DNA of 64,000 bases from Eledone cirrhosa. Lineage: Eukaryota. This document shows, one piece after another, positions 40,971 to 59,258 of this stretch; the stretch's first letter is position 1; each line of letters begins with the position of its first letter. The DNA is taken from NCBI GenBank assembly GCA_964016885.1, contig OZ024742.1, positions 27,838,001-27,902,000 of the forward strand, written 5' to 3'. Both the position numbers and the translations under genes were made by a program. A model generated the notes under the pieces. It ran no database searches, was not told the origin of the DNA, and was given only the letters and a program-made list of their open reading frames with translations.

Positions 40971-41746
40971 TGGAGATTCATGTATATGAAAATGTCTACA
41001 GACACACATATATATATAAACACACATGCATATATATATACACACACACATGCACATATATATATATATATGTATATACACACATATACATATTTATATA
41101 GTATACATTTATAAAATATATATAAGTGGTTTTATATATTTATATATATATCCACATATATATACTTTGCGTACACGAAACTGAACTTTTAAAAGGACTT
41201 CCTAAAAATATTAACATGAAGAAAAGCAAACATGAATATATATAATAAAATAAAATATAGCAAAATATAACAAGCAAATATTATGATAATAAATAAATTA
41301 AAAAATCACGAAAAAATAAACACTTCACGAAAAGTAAAATAAAAAGATAGAATTTTGATTTGAACTGAAAATGGCACAAAACTTAGCACTTTTGATTTAA
41401 GTCCGACATACTCTAAAACGTTTTGTTTTCTCATCATAATTCTTACTAACACCCCACCCCACCCCTTACTTCCTCTCACCCCACCCTCACCATCTTTATC
41501 TTTGACTTACTTCTATTGATGTTTTCTATTGCCATCTCTCTGCTGCTAACTTAGATTTAGAATTTTCAGCTTATTTCAGAGAATCACCTGCTTCTTTACA
41601 TTACTATTTCATGGATATATACTCTAGAAGTATTTCAAGTTTGATTCAATCAAAAAATTACTGGCCCCTGAATTCTATGGTCATGTGCTGTTTATACATA
41701 CATATGTATGTACATGTGTATGCATATGTGTGTGTATATATATGTA

Positions 41747-41795
<49 letters not shown>

Positions 41796-41859
41796 CACAT
41801 AAATATATTCAAATAAATATATATATACATACGAATATATCCATATATATATATATATA

Positions 41860-42108
41860 GTTGTGTATAGTTGTAGCTATGATGCTTCCATAGGCGGTAT
41901 GCCAAAATTAGCACTCGATATTCATCAGAGTAGAGTGTATATATTATAAAGGAAAAGAAAAATCAGTGATGCATCTGAACTTAGTTTATTTTGTGTTACA
42001 AATGTTTCGCCGGCATGTAGCGCGAGTCATGGCCCTTGTATGGATCTGCCTGATTCTACTTCTGCGGGTTCTTTCAGACACGGGTGTTACGTCCGGAGCG
42101 AATTTTAT
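41860..42108 (-). mobile_element. PLE pseudo-LTR island with hammerhead-like motif (41993-42081)
   Basis: Minus strand gtgt-CTGAAAG...long helix II...GAAA-catttg-TA-acac, followed by TACACTCT...ATCGAGTGCT...tttggcatac. TA flanks. Confidence 0.7.
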
Positions 42109-42191
42109 GTATATATATATACACACACACACACACACAGAAATATACGCATATATATATACACACAAAAATACGCATACACACATATACG

Positions 42192-42228
<37 letters not shown>

Positions 42229-42679
42229 GCACATAAATATATACTTGGTTATAAATACTGTCTTGGTTTGTAATGACACAGCCAAGCAATGCTAGAGGTT
42301 GTATGATGATGATGTATCTACATTGACCAATACTCAAGTTTCATTGAGGCCAACACACATACATTTATACATACGTACCAACATATATACATACATATAC
42401 ATGCATATATACACATATATATATATATATATATATATTGTATATGTGTGTGTATATATATAGATGTGTGTGTGTACATAATGCACCCAGTCCACTCTGT
42501 AAAGTGGTTGGAATTAAGAAGAAAACTAGTTCTAGGAAGAATGCCAAGTATCAAACCTAATAAGCATGATCATGTAGTTCTGAGTTGTCTAGTCTCAGAC
42601 CTTAACAACCAGTGCAACCCATGCCAATATTGAAAGCAATAATGATGATGAAACCATTTTTCTCTGCGAGTTCCTTATA

Positions 42680-42830
42680 CTCTGGCGAAGGGAATTTTAA
42701 ATCCCAAAATATTAGGTAGAAACAACAAAACCCCAAAGATTACCAGGTAACTAACTTTTTCGTTCCCTTCATCTTACAATCCATTTAGCATTGTTTAGCC
42801 TTCTTATATATATATATCACTCTCTTTATT
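42680..42830 (+). mobile_element. Degenerate pseudo-LTR/hammerhead remnant
   Basis: CTGGCGA-a-ggga(a)ttt-t-aaatccc-AAAA-tattagg-TA-ga, later followed by tatatatCACTCT. Confidence 0.35.
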
Positions 42831-42932
42831 ATCATGTCTATGTTGTAATGAGCATATTAATTATATGTGAGTGTCTACATAAAAACATGTATATGTGCAG
42901 GTATGTGCGTTGGTATATATGTATATATATAT

Positions 42933-42964
<32 letters not shown>

Positions 42965-43045
42965 TATATATATATATATATATTATATATATATGTATAA
43001 CCCATGCTAGCGTGGAAGAACGGACGTAAAATGGTGATGATGATG

Positions 43046-43107
<62 letters not shown>

Positions 43108-43123
43108 ATATATATACATATAT

Positions 43124-43155
<32 letters not shown>

Positions 43156-43180
43156 GTGTGTGTATATATATATATACATA

Positions 43181-43230
<50 letters not shown>

Positions 43231-45066
43231 TATGTGTGTGTATATATATATATATACCAGTGAAATAGTATATATAGAGTTAATGATGTCTCCTCTTCAC
43301 TAGATATGATACTCATCTGTTAAATAACGACACAAGTGTTCAACTGAACATCTCCTCTCATGCTAATGTCCTTTCTTCTTAAGGGGAGCTTAATTAATTG
43401 AGAGCTCTAATTAGTCGATACTTGATTTCTAACAGGGATAAGTCCAATATTGATTTACTATTATTGTTGTTTAGCCACAGGTCAGCCAAGACTCAGTAGA
43501 CATGATCAAAGATATTTTATTTGTTACTATCTTGTTATTTTGTTTAGATTTGTTTTCTTTTCTTACAGACATTTCCAGTGTGACCTTCCATTTTTATAAT
43601 TTGAAATATGTGCACCCAAACGGAAATGACCATAATAATAGTCAATCCCTATCAACAACAGTTGAGAAAATCAGGTAAATCCCTTGTGGAGTCCGAAAAA
43701 AATAGACAGATGGACCTGCCAAAAATTAAAATCTACATCTCTCAGAAGCACCCCTTTAACTTTCCTCCATCTCAGGAAATAACTTAACCAATATCATCAA
43801 TTGTTATTTATTCTGACCAACTATTATTATGGTCATTTGCATAGGGATGCATTTATTTCATATTAAATTATTACATTCTGCTAAGGAATTTGAGGCAACT
43901 GATAGAAATGGGGTGTCAAACATGATATGTCTGTAAGAAAAGAAAAGAAAACAAAAAATGATGACAAGATAGTAGTCATGAATTGACACCTTTGATCATT
44001 TATTTACTGAGTCATTGCCAGCATTTTGATGTAAATATTTCAAATTTCAAAAAATTTCCAATGCTTTTTTAGTCAACTGTTTAAGTCAATTGTTGTTTAT
44101 TAATTTATTTTTTGAACACATGTAGTTCATCTGAGAGAAAAAAGTAAATTCCCTCTCTCTAACGAAGGGCAAACTGTCCAAAGTATTAGATTTTTCACAA
44201 ATCAATCCAGATAAATGTATTTTTTTATGTAGTTATGGGGATTAACCTTTCTGATTCTGATGGCAAATCACTTGAAACTGTCATTAATTTGTTTATCTTA
44301 AAGAATTTAGCATTCGCATTACACTATATTCACTATTGTATTTTCATGGTAAAAACTTTATTTTACATAATTATTTCACAAGCTATTGAATCTATGATAT
44401 TTTAATATTATTTATTTTGAGAATAATGCCTTAACATGAATATGAGCAACCAGTTATGGCTAGTTTGAACAGAAAGAGGTGAGAGAATTCTGGCCAAATA
44501 CAGATGGTTTAAATGCTAAAGGGTTAAAGAGTTTATACTTATCTAGAAATATTCCATCATAACTTTATGTAAGAAATTTATTTCAAACCCCAGCTTTACA
44601 ATGGAGAAGTTACATTGCAAAATACCTCCAGATTCTTGACTATTTTCAAAATTATTTGAAAATCACAGAGAATGTCTTTCATTACAAATATGGTAAGAAA
44701 AATATTGACTTTTATTAATGTAGACTTTCACCTATTGAGTTGAATTTTTTTATCATACCTGTTTGCTTTTGCATTTTTTTTTAAGTGGCAGGGAGTGACT
44801 TGAGGGTGATTTGATTGCTATTTATAGCAGGTCAAGCAACATCATTGTAGCTCTTTTATTGTGTGACAAATGCAAGTAGACACACACTTAACTCTCTATT
44901 TCACTCTTGTATACATACATATATATGTGGAATGGAATGTGAAAGATACAGTTCTGTATGAGCAAGACACTGTCACCTAATCTGACTTGTCTCATAAGGG
45001 GACAACTCCTATAACCCATGGAAGTTAAATGATGATGATGATGATGATACTATATGTCCTTTAGAG

Positions 45067-45406
45067 CAGTGCTTCTCAAACTATCTGATGTGGCGGACCA
45101 ACATTTCTTTTTTCAATGTGCCACGTACCACTAATATTTCGTAGTAATATTAATTTATACCGGAAACGATATATATAATGAATATAATAAAAGTTGACCA
45201 TTTTTTTATCTTCTATTTATTTTGTAAACAAATAATACAATATCAAAACATATAAAAAAAAGTAATAAAAAAATAACAAGCAGTTTATTAACACAAAAAT
45301 AAAAATTATATAAGCTTAATCTTTACTAGTGTGAAAGGCCGCGTACCGGTAGCTGATGGCTCGCGTGCCGGCACCGATCCATGGTCCACCACTTTCAGTA
45401 GCACTG
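45067..45406. mobile_element. hAT (Charlie/Buster-type) MITE
   Basis: TIRs cagtgcttctcaaact / actttcagtagcactg (13 of 16 match). Perfect 8-bp TSD CTTTAGAG at 45059-45066 and 45407-45414, with central TA. Confidence 0.9.
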
Positions 45407-45644
45407 CTTTAGAGCACAGAGAACATTTTGGAGAGAACTGTATAAACTAAAATATTAAAAACTAATCGTCAGATTTCATTAAATTCACTGCCAAATATCA
45501 GGAAGGAACTGCTTATAGCCATCTAGCACTCAATCTTAATTCACAGAAGGGGAGCTAAATTGTATAGTAATATTAATGTTAGCTTGCCAACAGTTAATAA
45601 AATATTAGTACACTAAGAAGTCTAAAGAAACATTTCTCCATTTA

Positions 45645-49210
<3,566 letters not shown>

Positions 49211-49984
49211 ATATATATTTACTGTATCAAATACTGTACAATATTTCCAATGTTTGTACCATATTAGTGTATTAGTAAACAAATATGTAAATAAGGTCCA
49301 CCCTGCAGTGTTAATTAAGTCAGTTTTTCTATGGTTATAATATAGTTAGTTCTGGTACCAAGGGAGTAAATTAAATTAAATCCACCCTGTCAAACTCCTC
49401 ACCACTTAATCCCCACAACTTCCCTACTGCTGATGCCATGATAAAATGCACCCAGTACACTCTGCAAAGGGGTTAAATTTGCGAAGGGCTAGATGATGAT
49501 GATGATAAAGATATTTTTGTCAAGCATTTTTGTTGACTCTGCCAAATCTTCACTCTTACAGTACCACCATCACCAACAACAACAACAATACCACCACCAC
49601 TGCCACCTTCACCACCACCAAAACAATAGAACCATCATCACCACTACCACCAACAACAACAACAGTACCACCATCACCACTACCACCTCCACTGCCTCCT
49701 TCACCAATAAAACCAATAACAATACCACCAACACTGCCACCTTCACCACTACCAACAATAACAACCATACCAGCTTCACCACTACCACCACCACTACCAC
49801 CAACAACAACAACAACAATACCACCACCACTGCCACCTTCATCACTACCAACAACAACAACAATACCAGCTTCACCACTACCAACAACAATACCAGCATC
49901 ACCACAACCACCACCAACATCAACAACAATACCACCACCGACACCACCACTGCCACCACCGCCGCCACCACCACCACCATTACC

Positions 49985-50016
<32 letters not shown>

Positions 50017-50754
50017 CAGCAACAACAACAACAACAACAATATTGATGATTATACCATTTCTAGAAGGGATTAACTTTCAGAAGATCTACACTAAATGGA
50101 TTTGAAATGAGAGTAAGTTTTAAGCAAGAAACCTGAACCAGGCTATATTTCCAGTTTAGGTAGACATAAGATTACTTGAATTACACAGAAAACAAACGAC
50201 TATTTTCCACATTCATAATACCAATATATACATTTAGAAGCCACAAATACAAATATACAAATATACAAAAAAAAACAAAAAAAACACCTTGATATTAATT
50301 AATTCACCATTGTATTTTATGACTTCTAATTAATTAATCACTGAGTTAAGTTTAATTAGTCAACAAGGTGTTTTTTTCATAAAGATTTAGACATAAAAAC
50401 CTTGACCCAGTTCTTCAGTTCATTTACCTGAAACCATATACTTCTCTGCTACATGTCTGTGGTGTTTACATTATATTACACAACTCAGGCATAGTTATTT
50501 TGGCAGGGGGCCAACTGAAGTGCCTATATATCTGTGTAATCTGACATTGCTAACAAATGTTACCCAAGAAATAAAGAGCTACCAACAATGTATGAACCAA
50601 ATTATTCAGCTTAAATTTCCCTTGGTACAACAATAAATACATCTAATTAATACGTTATTAATTTGTTGTTTTTTATTGTTGTTGCCACTGTTTGTTATTT
50701 TATTGTCTCGCATTGAGAGATCACGGCTTTGATATTAAAGACATGTGGTTAGAT

Positions 50755-51001
50755 TGTCTCAAGAAAGATTCGCTGGACAGATTTTAACGGCAAAACCAGC
50801 CAACCGACAGGAAACCCAGGGGTAGGTTGACCCTGAACAAGATGTCTGGATAACATCTATGAGCTTTGCTGGTTTTGCTTGGAGATCTAGCTGCATCAAT
50901 CGGAGATGATTGCTTTTGACAGGACCCACTGGAAGGAGTGTTTGAGGATTTTGCCCATGCACAGCCCTCTCAGGAATGAGGAGGAGGAGAAGAAGAAGAA
51001 G
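50755..51001 (+). mobile_element. Degenerate 3' end of a third RTE (Expander-like) family with GAG/GAA tail; partial inverted copy at 53289-53442
   Basis: Remnant peptides TRCLDNIYELCW and MIAFDRTHWKECLRILP. Confidence 0.55.
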
Positions 51002-51537
51002 TGAAGGCATGTTAGATTCATGATTGTAGAGTCTTAGGTTGTTTGATCCATAAACAAAATAACACGTGGCCTTAAGCAATGCACTTCATTCTACAATGCT
51101 CCAGTTTACTCAGTTAAAACAAATGAGTAACAACAGCAACCTCAGCAGTATGGAGTTACTATTTCAATGGACTGGCATCTTATCCAGTAGGGAGTTTGTA
51201 CATCCCATCACTTAATGCCTAGGATAAGCTCGGGCTTAATAGGTCTTGATGGACAAAGAAGATTTTATCTTTAATTAATGATGATGCTGATAATATATAT
51301 ATATATAAAAACATTGTTATCTCTGATTGAGACAAAATGAGAGTGTATATATATACATATAAAAATGAGAGAACTCATTGCTAGAACAGCCGTTAAAACA
51401 GCTTAATGCAGTCAAAGACAGCGATGGCAAAAATACCTCAGATGACAGAGACCATGTCCAGTGGTCAACAGAGAGACAAGCCACAAGATGGGTGACAGGC
51501 ACATGACATATAGAAAAAATTAAAAGAGGAAGTGAAC

Positions 51538-51735
51538 AAGGGTCAACTGCAAAGTTCATAGGCTGACTATGAAGGAGTGATCCTAGAGCTGTGAAATCTT
51601 ACATGCATTAATTTCAACTCTTCTTATTAATAACTGCATTGTTTCTTTCTTCCAAAAATTTTGTTTAAAAATAAACCTCATTTGGTCATTCCTTGAGAGT
51701 ATCTTAGTCAGCTTAGAAACTTTTCAGTCGATTTA
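51538..51735. mobile_element. Tc1/mariner-like MITE remnant
   Basis: Imperfect TIRs 'tcaactgcaaagttcataggctgacta' / 'tagtcagcttagaaactttttcagtcga'. Confidence 0.55.
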
Positions 51736-52350
51736 TAAAAGTGTGCATAAAGGATTAATTAGTCCTTAAGCAATCCTTGCTTGATAAGCACATTTCCTTC
51801 TGATCCATCTCTCTCCTATTTTACCACTACTTTCTCATTACACCTTCCTTAATTATTCAGTTACATTTTCCTCTTTTTTTCTTTCTCTCTCTTTTCCTTT
51901 TACTATTCCTAATTCAAAAACATATGAAAACATTAATTCAACAAACCCAATTTGTTACAGTTTTGTACTGAAGCAAGCAGAGTTATATATGTCTTACTCT
52001 CCAGGGCACAATTCAATAATTGAATACATTTTGGTTAATTTTACCATCAAAGAAACACATACACATACACATGCATACATATAACCACGCCTACTGTTGT
52101 GTTTAACACATCTAATTGATACCAAAAGCCACCGTTAATAGATGCTAGCAGGTTATATTTCATTTCCTCTTCCGTTTGTTTTTATAAAATTATTTTATAC
52201 CTATGTTTATGTATTTGTTTTTGACAGAAAGACAAGATGGAGGAAATGTATTGAAATGTAAAAGATGAGGAGATACAGAGAAGAAGAACAAACGTCATTG
52301 AAGAGGTCACAGAAGGTGTGACAAAAGAACTTTGATGAACTAACTAATAA

Positions 52351-52538
52351 TTGTTTCTACTATTGGCACAAGGCCAGCAATTCACCAGTACATTACTGGT
52401 ACTTTATTTTATCGACCCCGTAAGGATGAAAGGCAAGGTTAACCTCGGCGAGATTTGAACACAGAATGGCAAGGGCCGTAACTCTATGCGTCAAAGCATG
52501 GTGTCTGACAGTCTACCGATACTGCCAATCCACCGCCC
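52351..52538 (-). mobile_element. Full-length Nin-domain SINE with ~20-bp TSD
   Basis: Flanking direct repeat ttgatgaacta(a/t)ctaataat at ~52332 and ~52539. A and B boxes present. Confidence 0.9.
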
Positions 52539-55500
52539 TTGATGAACTATCTAATAATAAAGCTGAAGGAGAAATCAAATAGTGCATGTGTTTTATTGGC
52601 AAAATGGGCTTCCCCAAATATACCAATATTTCATACCTAATGTTTTAGAAATCCTAGCTAACATTGGAGTCATTTGACCACCAGCAGCAGCAGTAGTAGT
52701 AGTTGTGGTAGTGGTGGTGGTGGTGGTGGTGTTGGTGGTGGTGGTAGTAGTAGTGGTAGTAGTGGTAGTAGTAGTGGTAGTAGTAGTAGTAGTAGTAGTA
52801 GAAGTAGTAGTAGTATCATCATTAGTGCCTGTTAATTCTAACAATATTTTGTAATTACTCTCATTTTTCATTGAAATTCAACTAAGGATTCTTGTAGTAA
52901 AAACAAGAGTTGAGTGAACTGTTAGAAATAGCAGCAAAATCTCCCACAAACAACATCCTGCCATTTTAAGAAAAGAAGTACACACTGTGTACTGTAGTTT
53001 TGAGTTATATAATTAGCTTGTTCTCAGCTGAAAGATTGTTCTAAACAATTGCAGGATCATTTGTTGTTTTATCACTTATTTAGGAGGAAGAGCAGTGCAT
53101 ATGCGTTATTTCAAGACCTCGAAAAACCTGATCCGGATTCTTGCATAATAAGAGATTCTGCTGAAGATATCGAAAAACCATCTATTTTAAAGGTTTCCTA
53201 CTTAAATTAAAACCTTCCAGCATAATTTTATAGAAGAATGTTTTATTATGTTAGAAATGCCATCTTAATGAAATTAGAATTTGAATAAATTCTTCTTCTC
53301 CCCCTCCTCTCACATATTCATGGGAGAGTCATCAGGACAGAGTCCTCAAATGCTCCTTCCAGTGGGTCCTATCAGAAGCAATTATCTCCTATTGATCTGG
53401 CTGGATCTCCAAGCAAGACTAGCTGAACTCATAGATGTTACGTGGGAGTGGACTTCCACTGAAGGAGGTGGAGAAGTTCAAGTATCTCGCAGACATAGTC
53501 ACAAGTGATGGAAGGCACGAGGCTCAAATTATTCATTAATTAATTAAAGTACAAATCATTTCATTAGAAATATGACAATGAAAGTGATAAACTGAACTGC
53601 TAATTAACTGTTAGGAGTTGTGACTGGTATATAGTATCAGCAATGGAAACATTGTTTCCTTGGTCAAATATAATGAGTTCCACCCTACTCAGTAAGCAAA
53701 TAAGGTCTGGGATCTTGCTGATCATTTAAAGAAAACAAGACTGGTTAACTTACCTACACATGTAGAGGGCTGGATTTAGACTTTGGTGGCCCAAGGCACT
53801 TCAGTTTTTTGGGGCCCCCTCTTACACAAAAAATTAGAATACACAGCAAGCCCCCAGTTTTACATATCAAAGCCAGCTTGGTGCAAGTAATTGGAATTGA
53901 AATTTAACACAAAGGTATTAAATTTAAAAATTAAACCATCCTAAAACTAAAAAGCTCAGCAGAGGGTACAAATAGACTGGTACGAGCATTGCTAAATAAG
54001 GCACCACCATTACCACCACCACCACCACCATCATCATCATTTTACATGTTTTCCATGTTGGTATGTGTATTACTCTTCAGTTCAATAACAGTTCACTAGT
54101 TTACTGGCTGTGGTGGTAGTTATGATTGTGTGATAGAGGAGGTTGTGTGATAGAGGAGGTTGTGTGATAGAGGAGGTTGTGTGATCGTGATTGTGGTGGT
54201 GCTGGCAGTGGAGGATGTGGTGGTGATGTTAATATGGTGGTTGTGTAGTAATGGTTATGTGGTAGTGGTGATGGTAGTTGTGGTGGTGGATTTGGTTTTG
54301 ATGGTGGTGTGGTAGTAGTGGTTGCTTGGTGGTGGTGGTAATGGTAAGTGGTGTTGTGATGTAGTAGGGTTCTCTGACAGAACATGAAGTATATATCTCA
54401 CAAACGAGAAGAGTATAAACTACCGGCACCTTATGTAAATACCATAAATTAGTCTCTATCAAAAACCTTAAACAAGGTCAAATATATAGTTGGCTAAAGT
54501 TACACTTTTACCCTATATCATTCACCCTTAATTTGCATTCACATTTACATCAAATGAGTCCATCTTATTTAAAACTAAAAGGCTATCTTCATAAACCACA
54601 AATCTCAGAGACACATAATCTCATGGGGTTTGAATAATTTGTGTACATTCTGTAATAAAATGTCTTGTTTTACAATATAAACACAGATTTTCGGTGACAG
54701 TGGTTTTGCTTGATATGAAATTATTACCTTATTATATAGAATTTTCTGGAACAATGTGTTGATGTTTATTAGTTTTACTACCCAACCAGGTAAAAATATA
54801 TCGACATTGTTTGTGATGATTTGAAATCTATGGAGTAAACAGTTCATGCAATGTTTTTGTTTTTCAAATAATGATATACATTGAGATAAGTTAATTAGGT
54901 GGTGATGGTGAAGGTGGTGACAGTGATGGTGGTGGCAGTTGTGGTGATAGTGGTGGTGGTGATGGTGAAGGTGGTGGTGGCGGTGTTGGCGGTGTTGGTG
55001 GTGGTGATGGTGGCAGTGGTAGTGGTGGTTGTGGTGGTGATGGTGGTTGTGGTGGTGGTGGTTGTGGTGGTGGTGGTAGTGGTGGAGGCAGTGGTGGTGG
55101 TAGTGGTAGTGATGGTGAAGGTGGTGGTGGCGGTGTTGGTGGTGGTGATGGTGGCAGTGGTAGTGGTAGCAATGGTGGCGGTAGTGGTGGTGGTGGTGGC
55201 AGTGGTAGTACTGTTGGTGGTGATGGTTTTGATAGAGATGGTGGTGGTGGTGGTAGAGATGGTGAAGATGGTGGTGTTGGTGGTGGTGGTAGTGCTAGCA
55301 GTGGCAGTTGTGGTGGTGTAGGGTTAACAATAGGGTTATTATTGTGAATATCTCTTAGATATATTACAAACATTTAAGACAAGTTCAAAAAGCTTCACTA
55401 ATGACCCTGTGTCCTATGTCTCTCATATGTTCACAATACAGATTAGATGTTCCCCTTAGATCAATTGAGCTTATATATAACCTTATAATTATTATTATCA

Positions 55501-57619
55501 TCATGATCATTATGACTATCATTGAGTGTGGTGAATTGGCTAAATTGTTAGAGTGTTGGAGAAAACGGAATTGTTATGTTTAGTTAATGACCCTATATTT
55601 TCTGAAATTATATCTTGCCAATGTCGACCTCGTGTTTTCTCCTTACATTGCTTAGTGGTAAGGGTGTTGGACTTGCGATCATAATGTTGTGGGTTTGATT
55701 CCTAGACTGTGTTGTGTGTTGTGTTCTTGAACAAAACACTTCATTTCCTGTTGCTCCAGTTTGCTCAGGTGAAAATGAATACCAGCAATAACTGGGGTTT
55801 TAACCCTTAGATGGACTGGTGCCTGTCTAGAGGGAAGTCTTGTACTCTCATTTGCTTAAGCACCATGGAAAACTGGGATAAGCTTGAAACTATTTTTATA
55901 AAAATAGGTGTAACCAATTGTATTTTAACATGATTACACATACAATTAATCCCCATCATCATCATCATAATCATTTAATGTCTATTTTCCCTGCTTTAAT
56001 ATATATATAAGAAAATAGAGAAGAAAAGTGGGAGATAACACAAACATTTCAATCACAAATCACAAGTATCCTTGAAGTTCTCCTTTAAAAATATTTTGAG
56101 GGAAGCCAACACATTTGTAGAACTATGATGGGTGGTATTGAGGTTAAGATGCTAAAGTGAACCAGAACCCTCACAGTCACCACCTAATACATCAGTAAAG
56201 CTGGGTGACAGACTTTAAAATAACTAATCCAAACACATGTATCAACTAACATGTTTTTATTGAAATAAATTACAATTATAGCTAGCATTAACAGATAAGG
56301 AAATAGCTAATTTGTTATGACATCAAAACAGGTGAGAGCATAATAATGTTTCTGGGGTTAGACAACAATATGTAGACTTCCTGAGACTATAGAGGGACAG
56401 AAAGAGTTCCTAACATTAAACATGAGATAGAGAAGGAGAAAAAATAGTTCTATATATTAGAGTTATTTTGGGCTAGAAAGAAAGAGGAGAATTTCTGAGA
56501 TTAGGGAGACACAACTGCATATAAAAACTCTTAAGTGACACACAGAAGAGTTGCTGAAATTTGAGAAATACACAGTTGATGAGATTAGAAAAAGACAGGA
56601 AAATTCCAGTAATTAGAAAGAAACAAGAAAGTTCTTGTTTTTTAAAAGTAGACAGGAGAATTCTTGCAATTAGAAAAAGACAAAACAGCTCCGATAATTA
56701 GATAAATATAAGAGAGTTCCGATGATTAGAGATAGGAAGAAGAAAGTTCATATCATCAAGAAAACAGAGGTAATCATTTGTAATAAGACAAACAAAAGAT
56801 GGTTTCTAAGATTAAAGAATGACAGCACTGAGTGGTTAAGAAACAAGCATTGAATTCAAACAGTCCCAGATTCAATTCTACTGTGTGATATTTTCCCATA
56901 TTACACAGAGATGGAATTTATTGAGAATAGTACAATGCAAAATACAATGAACATATATAAGCAAATAAAAACAGTACTCAATACACAGGATAGAGTTACA
57001 TTGAATATTCAAGTGTCTTTTGTAGTTATGAAAACAGTAAAGGAAGGGAAAGCAAGAGTCTAGTGTCACAGAAGAATGGGAAGGAGTGGGATCTAGGCCT
57101 ATTGTGCGGTGGTATTGGGGCTGTGCTCTGTGGACCAGACCACAAACAATGGATTAAACTACAGGCATGGATAGATGTGGATGCAAGCATCAGTGAGTGG
57201 TTAAGAAGATAACTTCACTATCAAAAGATCCCAGATTCAATTCCACTGTGTGGTATTTTCCCACATTAAATAAATGTTAAAATACAGACATATCAATACC
57301 ATATTTAGGGGTTCCGGGGCAGTTCAGGTTTGGTGGATCTCTCATATAACATGCATACACAAACATAAGAAATGGTGAGAGATTGAAAAAGACAACAAAG
57401 ACTTAAAACGTAGCATGAGCTCTGTTTAAAAAAGTGTGGGCCATACATAAAGAAGGAGCCTTGTCAGAGAATGGGTGTGTGAATATGATGAGGGTGGATG
57501 GCAGGTCATATGCCCCCACTGCCACTCCCAATAAATCCAGTCCTAGGCATGACTAGATGTAGATACAAGCATCAGTGACTGGGACATAATTATATATTAC
57601 AAAGTATACTATTTCCTTA

Positions 57620-58190
57620 TAATTGTTTCTGATTTGGGCACAAGACCCTTAATTTGGAGGGAGGGTGAAAGTCAATTAATTTGACCCCAGTGCCTTACTG
57701 ATAATATATTGACCCTTTAAGGACGAAAGGCAAAGCTAACCTCAGTGGGATTTGAACTCAGAATGTAAAGGGCTGTGACTGTATGTTACAAAATATGCTA
57801 TTTCCTGATAATAACTGTTTCTGATTTGGGCACAAGACTAACAATTTGAAGGGAGGATGAGAGTCAATTAATTTGAGCTCAGTGCATTATTGATACTTTA
57901 TCAACTCTGGAAGGATCAAAGGCAAAGCTAACCTCCATGAGATTTGAACTCAGAACATAAAGGGGCATAGCTCTATGCCACATAGCAGGCTATTTCCTTA
58001 TAATACCAATGAAAATTAAGGGCCTATAATTCTTAATGGAGCCATAGTGTTGCCATCATGTCTGCCTCAAGAAATAATCAGAGTAAGAACAAAAACTAAA
58101 TATAACAACAATAATGATGACAACAATCATATTGATAATAATTGTTTCTACTTTTTGGCACAAGGCCAGCAATTACCCAGTACATTACTG
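57620..58190 (-). mobile_element. Tandem Nin-domain SINE copies; further copies at 27085-27295, 59369-59550, 61195-61570
   Basis: Same body and 3' end as the other copies. Confidence 0.8.
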
Positions 58191-58967
58191 ATAATAATGA
58201 AAACAATATTGATGATATTAACGACAACAACAACTATATCAATAACAAGAAAAATAAGAACAATACTCATAACATTTACATGAATGATGAATATTAGAAA
58301 AACAATAATAATAATAATTGTTGATTATTTCTTGCATAAAATAATAACAATAACAACAATAATAATAACAACAACAATCACAATAATAATTTTCACTTGA
58401 ATATTAAGACATATATATGTAAATATGAAGCAAAAAATAAAAATGAAGCAAAAAAAATAATAATAAATAATAATAAGCAAAAAGCAATAAAGAAAGAGAA
58501 GGTACATTAGCAAAATCTTTTTTGTCCTCATCTTTCTAATCACCCTCATTCTTCTAATCATTCTTCATCAAAACAGGAAATGAAAATATCTATATTAATT
58601 ACAAATACAAAAATAAGACTAAATTGAAATAAAAACATAAAATAAAAATACATAAAAAAACACATTAATTTTTTAAAATATTTACAAAAATATAAAAAAA
58701 AATATATATATATTCATACAAAATAAAATAAAACTAATTTTAAACAAAAAAAAAATAAAATAAAATATCAGGGGAAAATTTGAAGCCCTCTCTGCATTTA
58801 CACCATGGATGTCCACCACCCTTCAATCCTGTCAACACCAATAAATATATAAGTAAATAAATAAATGAATAAATAAATAAATATTTCCTATGTATCCTTG
58901 AATAATAATAATAATGAAAATAAAAATAGTAAAAATGAAGAGGAACAAGAAGACTTGCAAGACTTAC

Positions 58968-59258
58968 CATTAAGTACATGCACTTTGATGCTAGTTATGT
59001 CCAGATTCGAACTGCGACATACATATTCCCCAGCATCGGTCATTTTACTGTGGGTTACCTTCAAATTACTGGTCAGTGTGTTTGTATTACGAATGTGATA
59101 TTTATTGATGAAAATCTTTTTCGAAGTATCGGAATTTATTTTGTTGCCGTCTTTGAACCAGTCGAGATCCAGTGGGGGATATTCTGAACCAGTTGTATTG
59201 CATACAAGTTGGATGGGATCTCCTTTCTCGATGTATGATTTACCGTAAACCTGGATGC
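58968..59258 (-). CDS. Internal exon encoding one immunoglobulin domain (Dpr/zig-8-like cell-surface protein)
   Basis: Pyrimidine tract plus acceptor ...tctttgttag|GC and donor G|gtaagt. 291 nt, phase 1-1. Peptide IQVYGKSYIEKGDPIQLVCNTTG...LDWFKDG...SNLKV...DAGEYVCRS...VHVLN has the canonical Ig C, W and DxGxYxC. Family assignment is by recognition only. Confidence 0.9.

Noticed and set aside
43492-44011. Diverged inverted repeat ending in strong acceptor-like ttcttacag on both strands
   Set aside because: Best explained as two opposed copies of an old dispersed repeat; no coding exon was recognised after either site.
49493-55373. Pro/Thr/Gly-rich ORFs resembling extensin or mucin (also 30949-31260)
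   Set aside because: Degenerate (GGT)/(ACC) trinucleotide tracts without splice or start context.
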